Positions 7,235 through 16,037 of a DNA stretch of 27,018 nucleotides are shown one piece after another. This DNA comes from Saprospirales bacterium (lineage in GTDB: Bacteria; Bacteroidota; Bacteroidia; Chitinophagales; Saprospiraceae). Made by a program: the position numbers and the translations under genes. How positions within the stretch are numbered: position 1 is the first letter of the stretch; each line of letters begins with the position of its first letter. The notes below the pieces were generated by a model. That model was given only the letters and a program-made list of their open reading frames with translations. It was not told the DNA's origin and searched no databases. The stretch covers positions 1 to 27,018 of the forward strand of contig JAHEAS010000001.1 in the NCBI GenBank assembly GCA_024642645.1, read 5' to 3'.

Positions 7235-7828
7235 ATGATTTATGAATTCAATGGCTTCAGGCCAGTAGTTGACGAGTCTTCTTTTGTTCATCCACAAGCC
7301 ACTGTCACTGGCAATGTCATCATTGGTAAGCATGTTTATGTTGGCCCAGGTGCAGCCATTCGTGGGGATTGGGGAGAAATTTTGATAGAGGACGGTTGCA
7401 ACGTTCAAGAAAACTGTACTATCCACATGTTCCCTGGCGTGACAGTCCGTTTGATGCAGGGAGCACATATCGGCCATGGGGCAATCATTCATGGCGCTAC
7501 AATAGGGCGAGATTCGCTGATAGGAATGAATGCTGTTATTATGGACAATGCAGAAATTGGTGAAGAATGTGTAGTAGGGGCACTCTGCTTTGTATCAGCT
7601 GAAACGAAGATTGCTAGAAGAAGCTTGGTTGTTGGCAATCCAGCCAAAATTATTCGAGAAGTGAGCGATGAAATGCTGGGATGGAAGAAAAAGGGAACGG
7701 CGCTTTACCAACAGTTGCCAAAAGTGCTTTTTGAAACTTTACAGCCTTGTGAACCCCTGCGGGAGGTGCCAAAACAACGCCCCTCACAAGAGGCTATATT
7801 CAAAACTTGGAAAGAAACGGGGAAATAA
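7235..7828 (+). CDS. Gamma carbonic anhydrase / PaaY-like hexapeptide-repeat protein, 197 aa
   Basis: IYEFNGFRPVV, left-handed beta-helix hexapeptides, GAAIRGDWG, NVQENCTIH, IGHGAIIHG (three His metal ligands), VVGNPAKIIRE. Confidence 0.88.
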   Translation: MIYEFNGFRPVVDESSFVHPQATVTGNVIIGKHVYVGPGAAIRGDWGEILIEDGCNVQENCTIHMFPGVTVRLMQGAHIGHGAIIHGATIGRDSLIGMNAVIMDNAEIGEECVVGALCFVSAETKIARRSLVVGNPAKIIREVSDEMLGWKKKGTALYQQLPKVLFETLQPCEPLREVPKQRPSQEAIFKTWKETGK

Positions 7829-7864
7829 AAAAGGTTCATCTCAACACAGAGATGAACCTTTTTT
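7827..7864. terminator. Bidirectional intrinsic terminator between the gamma-CA gene and gldN
   Basis: Perfect 16-bp inverted repeat AAAAAAGGTTCATCTC / GAGATGAACCTTTTTT with a 6-nt loop. Confidence 0.9.
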
Positions 7865-7881
7865 TATCGAACTTCGATAAA

Positions 7882-8751
7882 TCAATATGACCAGAGGTCA
7901 TGCTCGAAATTGAAAATTTCTTGTTTTATCTTATCTGCTTCGAGCAGAAGGTCAATACCAGTCAAGTAGTCTTGGATACGACGATCACGTACGTTGGACT
8001 CTTTGTAAATATAGCTGGAGAAAAACCGCATTTCCATCAGATCCTCCCAAGTAATTGGGCTGGCATCGTTGCCAACATTAAATACCTTTTCCCTTGAAAG
8101 TATCTCACGTGCTTCAGGGTAGTAAACCCAGAACATCGGCTTTTCGTAAAGGAAGTTTCCGTTCTCATCAGTCTTATCAATGAGCGGAGCTATACCCAGA
8201 ATTCTTACTTGTAGGGTAGAAGTTTCTTCATCAAAGAACCAAACTTCCTTGAGGCGAAAACGCTTCACATCCTCAGGGTTGATATCATTTCTAACAACCT
8301 GTAGTTGTTCTTCGTAGGTCTCTGGATCAAAGGTTATTACTGTATCAATAGTAGCACCCATGGAAGCTACCTCATCTGGAGTTAACTTAGAGGAGAACTT
8401 ATCGTCCTCAGTACTATAAACAGTTATTTCGCCCCCTGTTGCTGCATCCATTAGAATGGAAAAGAACGGCCTTTCTGGATAGGCAAAAGGGAGATTCATT
8501 TTCTCACGAATGTCAATTACTCTCCAGATACGCTTTTCCCAAAAGATATCAGCTTCCCGAACATGGTCGTAAGGGAGAAGGCGTTTGTCAGTGGTTAGTC
8601 TTTTGTCAACAATATCGTCCAATGGACGACCTTCGTTGGGATCGCTAGACTCGGTCAAAATATTTTCCGGTTGTTGTGCGAAAGAGCTATTGCATAGCAT
8701 CAACAACGAGAATAAACTAAACAGTTTCAATGCAAACTTCATGTTTCTCAA
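7882..8751 (-). CDS. gldN: GldN/PorN T9SS ring subunit, 289 aa (start may be 8742)
   Basis: Signal peptide; DIFWEKRIWRVIDIREKMNLPF, RFRLKEVWFFD, RILGIAP, FWVYYP, FSSYIYKESN, EHDLWSY; last gene of gldKLMN. Confidence 0.96.
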   Translation of the reverse strand: MRNMKFALKLFSLFSLLMLCNSSFAQQPENILTESSDPNEGRPLDDIVDKRLTTDKRLLPYDHVREADIFWEKRIWRVIDIREKMNLPFAYPERPFFSILMDAATGGEITVYSTEDDKFSSKLTPDEVASMGATIDTVITFDPETYEEQLQVVRNDINPEDVKRFRLKEVWFFDEETSTLQVRILGIAPLIDKTDENGNFLYEKPMFWVYYPEAREILSREKVFNVGNDASPITWEDLMEMRFFSSYIYKESNVRDRRIQDYLTGIDLLLEADKIKQEIFNFEHDLWSY

Positions 8752-8769
8752 AAGTTTTCAAAATGAAAA

Positions 8770-8817
8770 AATACTAACTACCGGGGTATTAACTCTTTGA
8801 CCTCGGCAGTTAGTATT
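8770..8817 (-). other. Long intercistronic hairpin between gldM and gldN
   Basis: AATACTAACT (8770-8779) / AGTTAGTATT (8808-8817) extended by CCGGGGT / ACCTCGG with one mismatch; no U-tract on the minus strand. Confidence 0.55.
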
Positions 8818-8830
8818 CTATGCTCAAATT

Positions 8831-10456
8831 TTATTTAATCCTGAACACCATCGAGTTGATCTTACGACCAGCGGCATCCCCTGGACAGCGGGCTTTAACT
8901 TCTTGAAAGTAAAAAGTATCGCCTGGTTTGGCTGACTGCACAAGGTCTTGCGCTTTGCCATTGAAAGAACCACCACTGTTTGCTGTTTCCACAGGGTCTT
9001 CACGCTTAGAGACTTTCACAAGGTTGAAACCTTGTATATCACAGCGTGCTTCAAAGTCAAAGTTGTCAAGCCAAGCAATCAAACCTTTTTGAACTTTAAA
9101 TTCACCATTGCCCATTGAACCATCTTCTTTATTGCCAAGACGTGCAACAGGGTCAGGAATACGCTTTACGCGGAATGATTTAGTGGCTTTCATGTCTTTG
9201 GCAGATACAGAAACTTTACAGTCATCTGTAGGAGTAGTTACCTTAACCATCCAAGTGTTGCTGCCAGTTTTGCTTAGTGAGCCGCCCCCACCCGCAATAC
9301 CAACATTGAGGTCATTACTGGAAGAACCTGCAGCAGATACAGAAATTGGGTTATCAACACCAATGTAAAATACGTTCATTTTGTCGGCGGAAATAGCGAC
9401 TGAACGTTGGCCAACTTCATAAGTAAAGGATGAACTACCTTTCGAAACTTCGCCTGTAAGCGGGTTACGTACTTGTGCATCAAGTTTGAGTGTTTTTTCA
9501 CCCAAGCCTGAGGTAGCTGCCTTATACTTAGCCTTACCATCAGTTCCTACTGGAATCTTGCTTCCATTGACAAAAATTCCGATATCGGCTGGATTTATCT
9601 GTGAGCTATAAGTACCCACAGAAATTTCAGCCTCAAAAGGTTCGCCAGCAATCAGATAAGATTTCTTTGCTGAAACAACAGGGAAGAAGGCATCAAATTC
9701 AATGACACGGCCACCAGCAAGTTCTGCCATGTTGTTCACCAATGAAGCTTCTGAACTCTTTGCATCTGCCTGCATTTTGCTCATCAATGGGAGCACAGCA
9801 GCAAGTGGCATTTGGCGAAACTTGAATTCTTCCCAAGACTTCTTGCCACTTTTCTGCCAAGTATCATCATCAATCTTTAATGGAAGGTTGTTAGCTATGT
9901 TTTGAATACGGTTAGCTATTTCTTCTTGCTTGAGTCCAAATTTCTCGCCGTTTTCGTTGAGCAGCTTGGTATAAGAATCTATCATCTTCTGCTTTGTTTC
10001 GAGCAGCTTACCCTTCAATTCAGCACCTTTTTTTTCATCAACAAGTATTCTTGTAGTGATATCCTTGTTTTTCTGACCTCTAGGTACTTTTTTGCCATAG
10101 CTTTCAGTATAGTCGCCTTCATCAACTTTCTTGTTCATGTTGCCAGCTTCGTCAAGAAGTAAATCCCTGAGTTGGTCAACATAGCCATTGAAGCTGACTA
10201 CTTCGTTCCTAACTTCATCAATAGCAGGGCCAATTGCACGGTATTTTGCTTTTGATTCATCATTCAAAAGCTCCTTTATACCTCTTACGGTTTGGTCAAG
10301 TTGTGAGTCCACGGTCGCTGTAGTGGCTTTGTTGCCTTCATCAAGTGTAATGAAAGCATTCATTACCTCTGCGGACACATTCAATGCGAGCAGCGCTGTG
10401 AGAACCAGGTACATCAGGTTAATCATAAGCTGCCGCGGCTCCTTTGGAATGGACAT
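8831..10456 (-). CDS. gldM: GldM/PorM T9SS/gliding motor rotor subunit, 541 aa
   Basis: PRQLMINLMYLVLTALLALNVSAEV signature, SADKMNVFYIGVDNPISVS, FRVKRIPDP; between gldL and gldN. Confidence 0.97.
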   Translation of the reverse strand: MSIPKEPRQLMINLMYLVLTALLALNVSAEVMNAFITLDEGNKATTATVDSQLDQTVRGIKELLNDESKAKYRAIGPAIDEVRNEVVSFNGYVDQLRDLLLDEAGNMNKKVDEGDYTESYGKKVPRGQKNKDITTRILVDEKKGAELKGKLLETKQKMIDSYTKLLNENGEKFGLKQEEIANRIQNIANNLPLKIDDDTWQKSGKKSWEEFKFRQMPLAAVLPLMSKMQADAKSSEASLVNNMAELAGGRVIEFDAFFPVVSAKKSYLIAGEPFEAEISVGTYSSQINPADIGIFVNGSKIPVGTDGKAKYKAATSGLGEKTLKLDAQVRNPLTGEVSKGSSSFTYEVGQRSVAISADKMNVFYIGVDNPISVSAAGSSSNDLNVGIAGGGGSLSKTGSNTWMVKVTTPTDDCKVSVSAKDMKATKSFRVKRIPDPVARLGNKEDGSMGNGEFKVQKGLIAWLDNFDFEARCDIQGFNLVKVSKREDPVETANSGGSFNGKAQDLVQSAKPGDTFYFQEVKARCPGDAAGRKINSMVFRIK

Positions 10457-10517
10457 GTGCTTTTATTTTTTCGTTAATAAATTATTTACTTTCTAATGCA
10501 GAACCCTTCTTAAGGGT

Positions 10518-11114
10518 TTATTGCTGCGGACGGAAGTTAGCAATCGCATTCAACATGCCACCATAAACTCCATTCAAGCCAGACAAGTTTTTGTTAAGCA
10601 CACCTAATTGGTCCTTATACACTTTAGTATCAGCGATAGAATCATTAAGGTCTGCCATGGCTTCGTTCAACTTTGTGTAGAAGTTGTTCATTGTTTTTAG
10701 CTGATCACTCGTTCCAGAGAAATCAACTTCCTGTAAAGCCTTGAGAGAAGAAAGGTTCTTCGACATGGATTGCAGTTCAGTCAACATACCACCCAATTGA
10801 TTCTCAATGACATCGCCATGGAGCGGTGTGCCCATGTCTATACCTTCCTGTGGCCCTGCAGTTAGCGGAGTAAGGTTTGCATGGTAATCATTCAGACCAG
10901 GATACAGTTTGTCCCAGTAGTAATCCGGCTCTGGGCCAATGATGCCGAGGAATGCGAAAATTATCGCTTCAATTGACAAGCCTGTGATAAGCATCTCACT
11001 AGCATAAGGCCAGCTTTCAAGTTTGAACAATGCACCCATCAATACGACAGACGCACCTAAACCAATCACGAGATTTTTGAAATACTTGAATCCTTTAGTT
11101 TTTACGAAACTCAT
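10518..11114 (-). CDS. gldL: GldL/PorL motor stator subunit, 198 aa
   Basis: GLGASVVLMGALFKLESW, second TM helix with conserved Glu (LSIEAIIF), PDYYWDKLYPGL, C-terminal LSGLNGVYGGMLNA. Confidence 0.96.
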   Translation of the reverse strand: MSFVKTKGFKYFKNLVIGLGASVVLMGALFKLESWPYASEMLITGLSIEAIIFAFLGIIGPEPDYYWDKLYPGLNDYHANLTPLTAGPQEGIDMGTPLHGDVIENQLGGMLTELQSMSKNLSSLKALQEVDFSGTSDQLKTMNNFYTKLNEAMADLNDSIADTKVYKDQLGVLNKNLSGLNGVYGGMLNAIANFRPQQ

Positions 11115-11275
11115 TGTTAATCGTTTTAATTAGTTAGCTAAATTCAAATTAATTAAAGGAAGATTTTCCTCGTTCAATAATACTCATTATCAAAAAGGTA
11201 ACAGGTAGTTTGAAAAAGAAAACAAAAAAATATCGGCATCCGAAAAAGCCAGAAATCGTTTTGCGATGCGAAAAT

Positions 11276-11313
11276 AAAAAAAAATGGATAGCAAGTAGCT
11301 TACTATCCATTTT
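11276..11313 (-). terminator. Intrinsic terminator between gldK and gldL
   Basis: AAAATGGATAG (11281-11291) / CTATCCATTTT (11303-11313) stem; the plus-strand A9 run at 11276-11284 gives a U-tract on the minus-strand transcript. Confidence 0.75.
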
Positions 11314-11336
11314 GAGATTTTTTTTTATTAAAATAA

Positions 11337-12587
11337 TTAAAAATCGTTGATGGAGCGGCCAAGGAATGTTAGCGCACAGCGGAATCCAACGTAGGACTTA
11401 GTGGTGTCCTGAAATTCCCAATGACGGTTGCCAGTTTGAAGAAACCAAGCTACATCCTTCCAAGATCCTCCACGAATAACCTTGCGCTTGTAAGCTTCTG
11501 GGTCATCATCGTTGGCATCGTAACGAATATCTGGATTAAGGTCATGTAGAAATGAGTAGGCATTCTCGTAATAGGCTGTAGAGGTCCACTCAGCTACGTT
11601 ACCAGCCATGTTGTAAAGACCGTAGTCATTTGGAAAATAGGCATCGGCCTTTACAGTGTACTGACCACCATCTTCTGGATAATTTCCACGCCCAGGCTTA
11701 AAGTTTGCCAGCAAGCAACCTTTTGCATTACGCAAGTAATATCCACCCCAAGGATAGGGAGCTGAATCGTGGCCGCCGCGAGAAGCGTATTCCCATTCAT
11801 GTTCGGTTGGCAAACGGAAGTCTTCTGAGTTGATGCCGTCTTCACGGGCAGCTTGGTATGTATCCCAAAGCTTGGTTCTCCAATAGCAGAAGGCATTGGC
11901 CATGTGCCAGTCCACACCCACCACTGGATAATCGTCGAATGCCGGATGCCAAAAATAGTTACGAGTCATCGGCTCGTTGTAAGAATAGGCGAAGTCACGT
12001 ATCCACACCAAGGTGTCAGGATAGACATTGATTTTCTTACGCTTGATGAAGGTAGTACGAGGCGATTTGCCCTTATCGTGAGCAGCAGCATGCCAATCAT
12101 ACCATTCATACTCAAACTCCATTTTGCTTACGTCTAATTCTTGACGGCCAGCAAAACGGTCATCACCTTGATAGTAGAGATCCTGAAGGGTCTCGTCCTC
12201 CCAATCAATTTCGTATTCCCAGTCGATGCGCTCGTCTCCAGTAGTCTCATCAGTGATAAAATGATCTAGGTACGAGTGTGCAATTGAGTCTTTCACCCAA
12301 TATACAAACTGTCGATACTCATTGTTGGTTATCTCAGTGTCGTCCATGTAGAAGCCCTGAATAGAAATGGACTTGTTCCTTTGAACGTAGGTATTTGAAA
12401 TGTCTTGGTCACCAGGACCGATGTGTAGGGTGCCTGAAGGAATGTACACCATACCGTAAGGGTTGATGCCTTTCCAATCTGGGCGATCCATGACGCCTTG
12501 GAGTTGTCCTGTTTCCTTGCTCCCGCAAGATGAAACTAACGCTGCAAGCGTGAGCAGCGCAAACGAAGTCTTTAATAATCTTTTCAT
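11337..12587 (-). CDS. gldK: GldK/PorK lipoprotein (FGE-sulfatase domain), 416 aa
   Basis: Lipobox LVSS-C21; MDDTEITNNEYRQFV, VYPDTLVW, YFWHPAFDDYPVVGV, RLPTEHEWEYA, GLYNMAGNVAEW, KVIRGGSWKD, YVGFRC. Confidence 0.96.
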   Translation of the reverse strand: MKRLLKTSFALLTLAALVSSCGSKETGQLQGVMDRPDWKGINPYGMVYIPSGTLHIGPGDQDISNTYVQRNKSISIQGFYMDDTEITNNEYRQFVYWVKDSIAHSYLDHFITDETTGDERIDWEYEIDWEDETLQDLYYQGDDRFAGRQELDVSKMEFEYEWYDWHAAAHDKGKSPRTTFIKRKKINVYPDTLVWIRDFAYSYNEPMTRNYFWHPAFDDYPVVGVDWHMANAFCYWRTKLWDTYQAAREDGINSEDFRLPTEHEWEYASRGGHDSAPYPWGGYYLRNAKGCLLANFKPGRGNYPEDGGQYTVKADAYFPNDYGLYNMAGNVAEWTSTAYYENAYSFLHDLNPDIRYDANDDDPEAYKRKVIRGGSWKDVAWFLQTGNRHWEFQDTTKSYVGFRCALTFLGRSINDF

Positions 12588-12689
12588 TTTTAACACCCGA
12601 GTTTTCCTTCTTTAGTGAAAAAGAGACGTAAAAATAGTGCTTTACTGCTTAATTCAAACAGTTGCTCCATATTTCTGCCGTTTGGACGG

Positions 12690-12697
12690 CAAAATTA
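12690..12697 (-). promoter_or_regulatory. Bacteroidota -7 box (TAATTTTG) upstream of gldK
   Basis: Exact TAnnTTTG about 100 bp upstream of the gldK start. Confidence 0.6.
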
Positions 12698-12851
12698 ACA
12701 TTTTACGCCAGACAAAAACGATACATTTTTTTTTCTTAGTGTGATTCTAGCTATTTTAATTGTTGAATTTCACTTTTGAACAGTTTTTCAACAAAAAGTT
12801 AAAGAGGCGTTGTGTGTGAAGAATCAGTTGAAGAAGACTGTTTCCGAATTG

Positions 12852-13823
12852 CTAGAGTGACCTTGGGTTATAGATAATAGCAGGGGGCCTTCCTTTTCCG
12901 ATAGGTTTTCCAAGATTGTAATTTACTAATACCTCATGAGAGCCCGTGCTTATTGTCTTTAGATTCGACAAACCCAAATCGTAGGCATAAGCTACTGATA
13001 TTTTTTCATTCAATTTGAACCCACCCATTAGGACTACTGCGTCAAGGCTGTTTGGGTTGTATCCCCTTAACGATGCTCCGACAAATATATTTTCATTGTA
13101 CTGTGCGCTAACAGAAAAATCAATTTGCGTTTGATGGACGTCAGTTTTTAATAAAAATGAGGGGTTTGCAGATAATTTATTACTAAGGTCAATTTGGTAA
13201 CCGATGTAGAGGAAGTAGTTTCTTTCCTGTTCAAACTCCAATTTAGAAAGATTTAGTGTGTTCCCAAGCAAATTTACTGCCGATACTCCTACTTCAAATT
13301 TTTCATCCTGATAAAATGCTCCAAAATGTGCTGTATATCCTGTCCCACCTTCAAGGCTGCTACCCAAGTAATTGTCGTTGTGATTGATATTCCCTAAGTC
13401 ATCAACTTCGGTGTTGGGTGTCCTCACCTTGGAGCCATCAAGTTGGCGTTGGACCCAACCTCCGCTGAGTCCCAACGAAAGTAGCCCTGTTTTACCTATA
13501 AACAATTGCTTAGCATAGGTTGCGGAAAATGAAGTCTGTCGCCATGACCCCAATGTTTCGTTCTCAATCGCCACCCCAGCAGCCCCTCCAACAATGTAAA
13601 GCGGCATGTGCGCATTGAAGTTCTGCGTGACAGGATTGCCTGGCAGCCCACCCCATTGGGAGCGATAAACCCCAGTCATGCTGAGGGAATTGTCCAATCC
13701 AGCGTATCCTGGATTGAAAGCGTATTTGTTAGCGCTATACAAACTGTACTGCGCTGGCTGTTGTGCCATGAGAATTTGTGCGGCTAGCACTAGAAGAAAG
13801 CAAGTTGTAAGCCTGATTTTCAT
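12852..13823 (-). CDS. porP: PorP/SprF family T9SS outer-membrane protein, 323 aa
   Basis: AQQPAQYSLY, FNPGYAG, YRSQWGGLPGNP, YAYDLG, GSHEVLVNY pattern; position upstream of gldK matches the porP-porKLMN layout. Confidence 0.93.
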   Translation of the reverse strand: MKIRLTTCFLLVLAAQILMAQQPAQYSLYSANKYAFNPGYAGLDNSLSMTGVYRSQWGGLPGNPVTQNFNAHMPLYIVGGAAGVAIENETLGSWRQTSFSATYAKQLFIGKTGLLSLGLSGGWVQRQLDGSKVRTPNTEVDDLGNINHNDNYLGSSLEGGTGYTAHFGAFYQDEKFEVGVSAVNLLGNTLNLSKLEFEQERNYFLYIGYQIDLSNKLSANPSFLLKTDVHQTQIDFSVSAQYNENIFVGASLRGYNPNSLDAVVLMGGFKLNEKISVAYAYDLGLSNLKTISTGSHEVLVNYNLGKPIGKGRPPAIIYNPRSL

Positions 13824-13907
13824 AGACTTTTAGGATTAGAATAAATTTTCCAATTTATTGATTCTCCAAAATAATATTCAAAGCCAGTTTAAACAACAGC
13901 ATTGTCC

Positions 13908-15968
13908 TCAGGATACCTTTTGCTGCTGTAAAAGCTCTCTAAACGATTCAATTGTCCCCACAGGTGCCTGACAGGCGTAGTTTTGACATAAATATACTAA
14001 TGTGTCAACGCCTTGGAGTTTTCCATCAAGCAGTGGAAACTCTCCGCTAGCTTCTTGTGCTGCCATCAGCACTTTTTGAGGAATAAATTCCTGCTGGATA
14101 TTGTCTGCCATTTTCGCTGCATCGGCACCAATTACAGCTATTTCTGTCTGGCCAAACACCTCACCCATCAAACACCCTGCCCACTGGCTGAAAGAAGATG
14201 GGTAGCGCTCTAGAGAATCATGCATTGAAAGTAGCATGCCCGATGCATGCCTTTGCCAATCCTCCCGACCAAGCAAGATACCTGCACGTTGCAAATTGCG
14301 AACCATTGTCGAATTACCTGAAGGCGTTGCCGAATCGAACAAATCTTTGCGGCGCATCAAAACGTCTTTTTGCTTTGCTGATGTAAAGTAGAACATTTTA
14401 TCTGACAGGTCAAGGAAACCATCAAAAACAAAATCGATGTAGCGGCCAGCTTGCAAAATATATTTGGATTCATGGGTAACCTCCCCAACGTCAAGAAGGG
14501 CTTCAATAAGATAGGCATAGTCGTCGAGGAAAGCAGCGTACTGGGCCTTTCCAGCCTTGTAGGTGTGGTACAGTGTGACACCATCTTCCTGCACGAAATT
14601 TTTGAGCAAGAAATCGAGGTTACGGACTGCCGTTTCACGATATACTTCCTCTCCCAAAGCTGCGTAGGCCCTTGCATGAGCCGAGCACATCAGCGCATTC
14701 CAATCCAGTAGCAGCTTGTCGTCGAGACTGGGCCAAATGCGCTGGCTGCGAACTTCAAGCAGTTTTTCCGAGCTGGCTTTGAGGCGTTGTTTCAAGGAGT
14801 TAACTGGAATTTGGCTTGCTTTTGCAAATTCTTCAAAAACTACGCTACGCCAAAGAATATTTTTTTCTTCCCAATTGCCTTTTTCACTGACGTCATAAAA
14901 TTTGGCAAACAACTCAAAATCGTCACCAAGCAGCTTTTCCACTTCTGCTTTTTCCCAAACGTAAAACTTGCCTTCTACACCCTCTGAATCGGCATCTTGT
15001 GCCGAATAAAAACCACCCTCATCGCTTGTCATTTCACGTTTCACCCAATCCAAGGTCTCTTCAATGGTCTCTCGGTAAAGCTCCTTCTTGGTGATTTTAT
15101 AGGCATCTGCCAGTACCCCCACCAGCAGGGCGTTGTCGTACAGCATTTTTTCAAAATGAGGTACCAGCCACTTGGCATCAGTGGCGTATCGGGCAAAGCC
15201 GCCACCGAGTTGGTCATAAATGCCGCCCATCGCCATTTTATCCAATGAAAGAAGCGCATGGTCGAGCGCCGATTTTTCTCCAAAATAAAAATAGTAGGAG
15301 AGCAAGTAGCTCAACGACATCGTGCCGGGAAATTTGGGAGCCCCGCCAAAGCCACCGTTTGTGGTGTCGAACTGTTTTTGGAGGTTTTGAAAAATATTTT
15401 TCAACAAAGTCTCCGAAAAAGGCTGGTCGTCGCTCACCACCCGAAGTTTGTTGCCGCCGGTGAAGGTGTTACCGGAGTTCTGGATGATGTCCGTCAGACG
15501 CTGTGCTTGTTCGTTGATGGTGTCCCGCTTCGTTTGGTAGGCGTGTGAGAGATTCATCAGTACCTGCAACCACGACGGACGGTTGTGGGCAGGCATGGGC
15601 GGATAGTAGGTGCCTGCATAAAAAGGCTTGCGGTCCGGCAGGAGAAAGCAGTTTAGTGGCCAGCCACCGCCACCCGTCATCACCTGACAGGCTTCCATGT
15701 AAATCTGGTCCACGTCGGGGCGCTCTTCCCTATCCACTTTGATGCAGACGAAATTTTCGTTCATGAACTCGGCCACCTCGTGGTCCTCGAAGCTTTCCCG
15801 TTCCATCACGTGGCACCAATGGCAGGTCGAATAGCCGATGCTGACGAGGATGGGCTTGTCCTCCTTTTTTGCTTTTTCAAATGCTTCCGGTTTCCAGGCG
15901 TGCCAATCCACGGGGTTGTTGGCATGTTGGAGCAGGTACGGGGAAGTTTCTTGTTGAAGTTTATTCAT
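13908..15968 (-). CDS. Thioredoxin-domain protein of the YyaL/SPATA20 family, 686 aa
   Basis: [96 protein letters not shown]. Confidence 0.95.
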   Translation of the reverse strand: MNKLQQETSPYLLQHANNPVDWHAWKPEAFEKAKKEDKPILVSIGYSTCHWCHVMERESFEDHEVAEFMNENFVCIKVDREERPDVDQIYMEACQVMTGGGGWPLNCFLLPDRKPFYAGTYYPPMPAHNRPSWLQVLMNLSHAYQTKRDTINEQAQRLTDIIQNSGNTFTGGNKLRVVSDDQPFSETLLKNIFQNLQKQFDTTNGGFGGAPKFPGTMSLSYLLSYYFYFGEKSALDHALLSLDKMAMGGIYDQLGGGFARYATDAKWLVPHFEKMLYDNALLVGVLADAYKITKKELYRETIEETLDWVKREMTSDEGGFYSAQDADSEGVEGKFYVWEKAEVEKLLGDDFELFAKFYDVSEKGNWEEKNILWRSVVFEEFAKASQIPVNSLKQRLKASSEKLLEVRSQRIWPSLDDKLLLDWNALMCSAHARAYAALGEEVYRETAVRNLDFLLKNFVQEDGVTLYHTYKAGKAQYAAFLDDYAYLIEALLDVGEVTHESKYILQAGRYIDFVFDGFLDLSDKMFYFTSAKQKDVLMRRKDLFDSATPSGNSTMVRNLQRAGILLGREDWQRHASGMLLSMHDSLERYPSSFSQWAGCLMGEVFGQTEIAVIGADAAKMADNIQQEFIPQKVLMAAQEASGEFPLLDGKLQGVDTLVYLCQNYACQAPVGTIESFRELLQQQKVS

Positions 15969-16037
15969 GCTATCTGGTTGATGTTTTGTGAAAACGTTCA
16001 AACCAGCATTCAGTTCGGCAGGCCATTTTTTTTGAAT

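Noticed and set aside
352-10456. Inverted gldMN copies as arms of an invertible segment
   Set aside because: Nucleotide identity is low even where the protein is identical, and no recombinase is present.
13908-15968. Apparent GC drop from the 5' to the 3' half of the YyaL gene as a recombination junction
   Set aside because: Spot counts (32/60 versus 27/60) are within sampling noise and the frame is intact.
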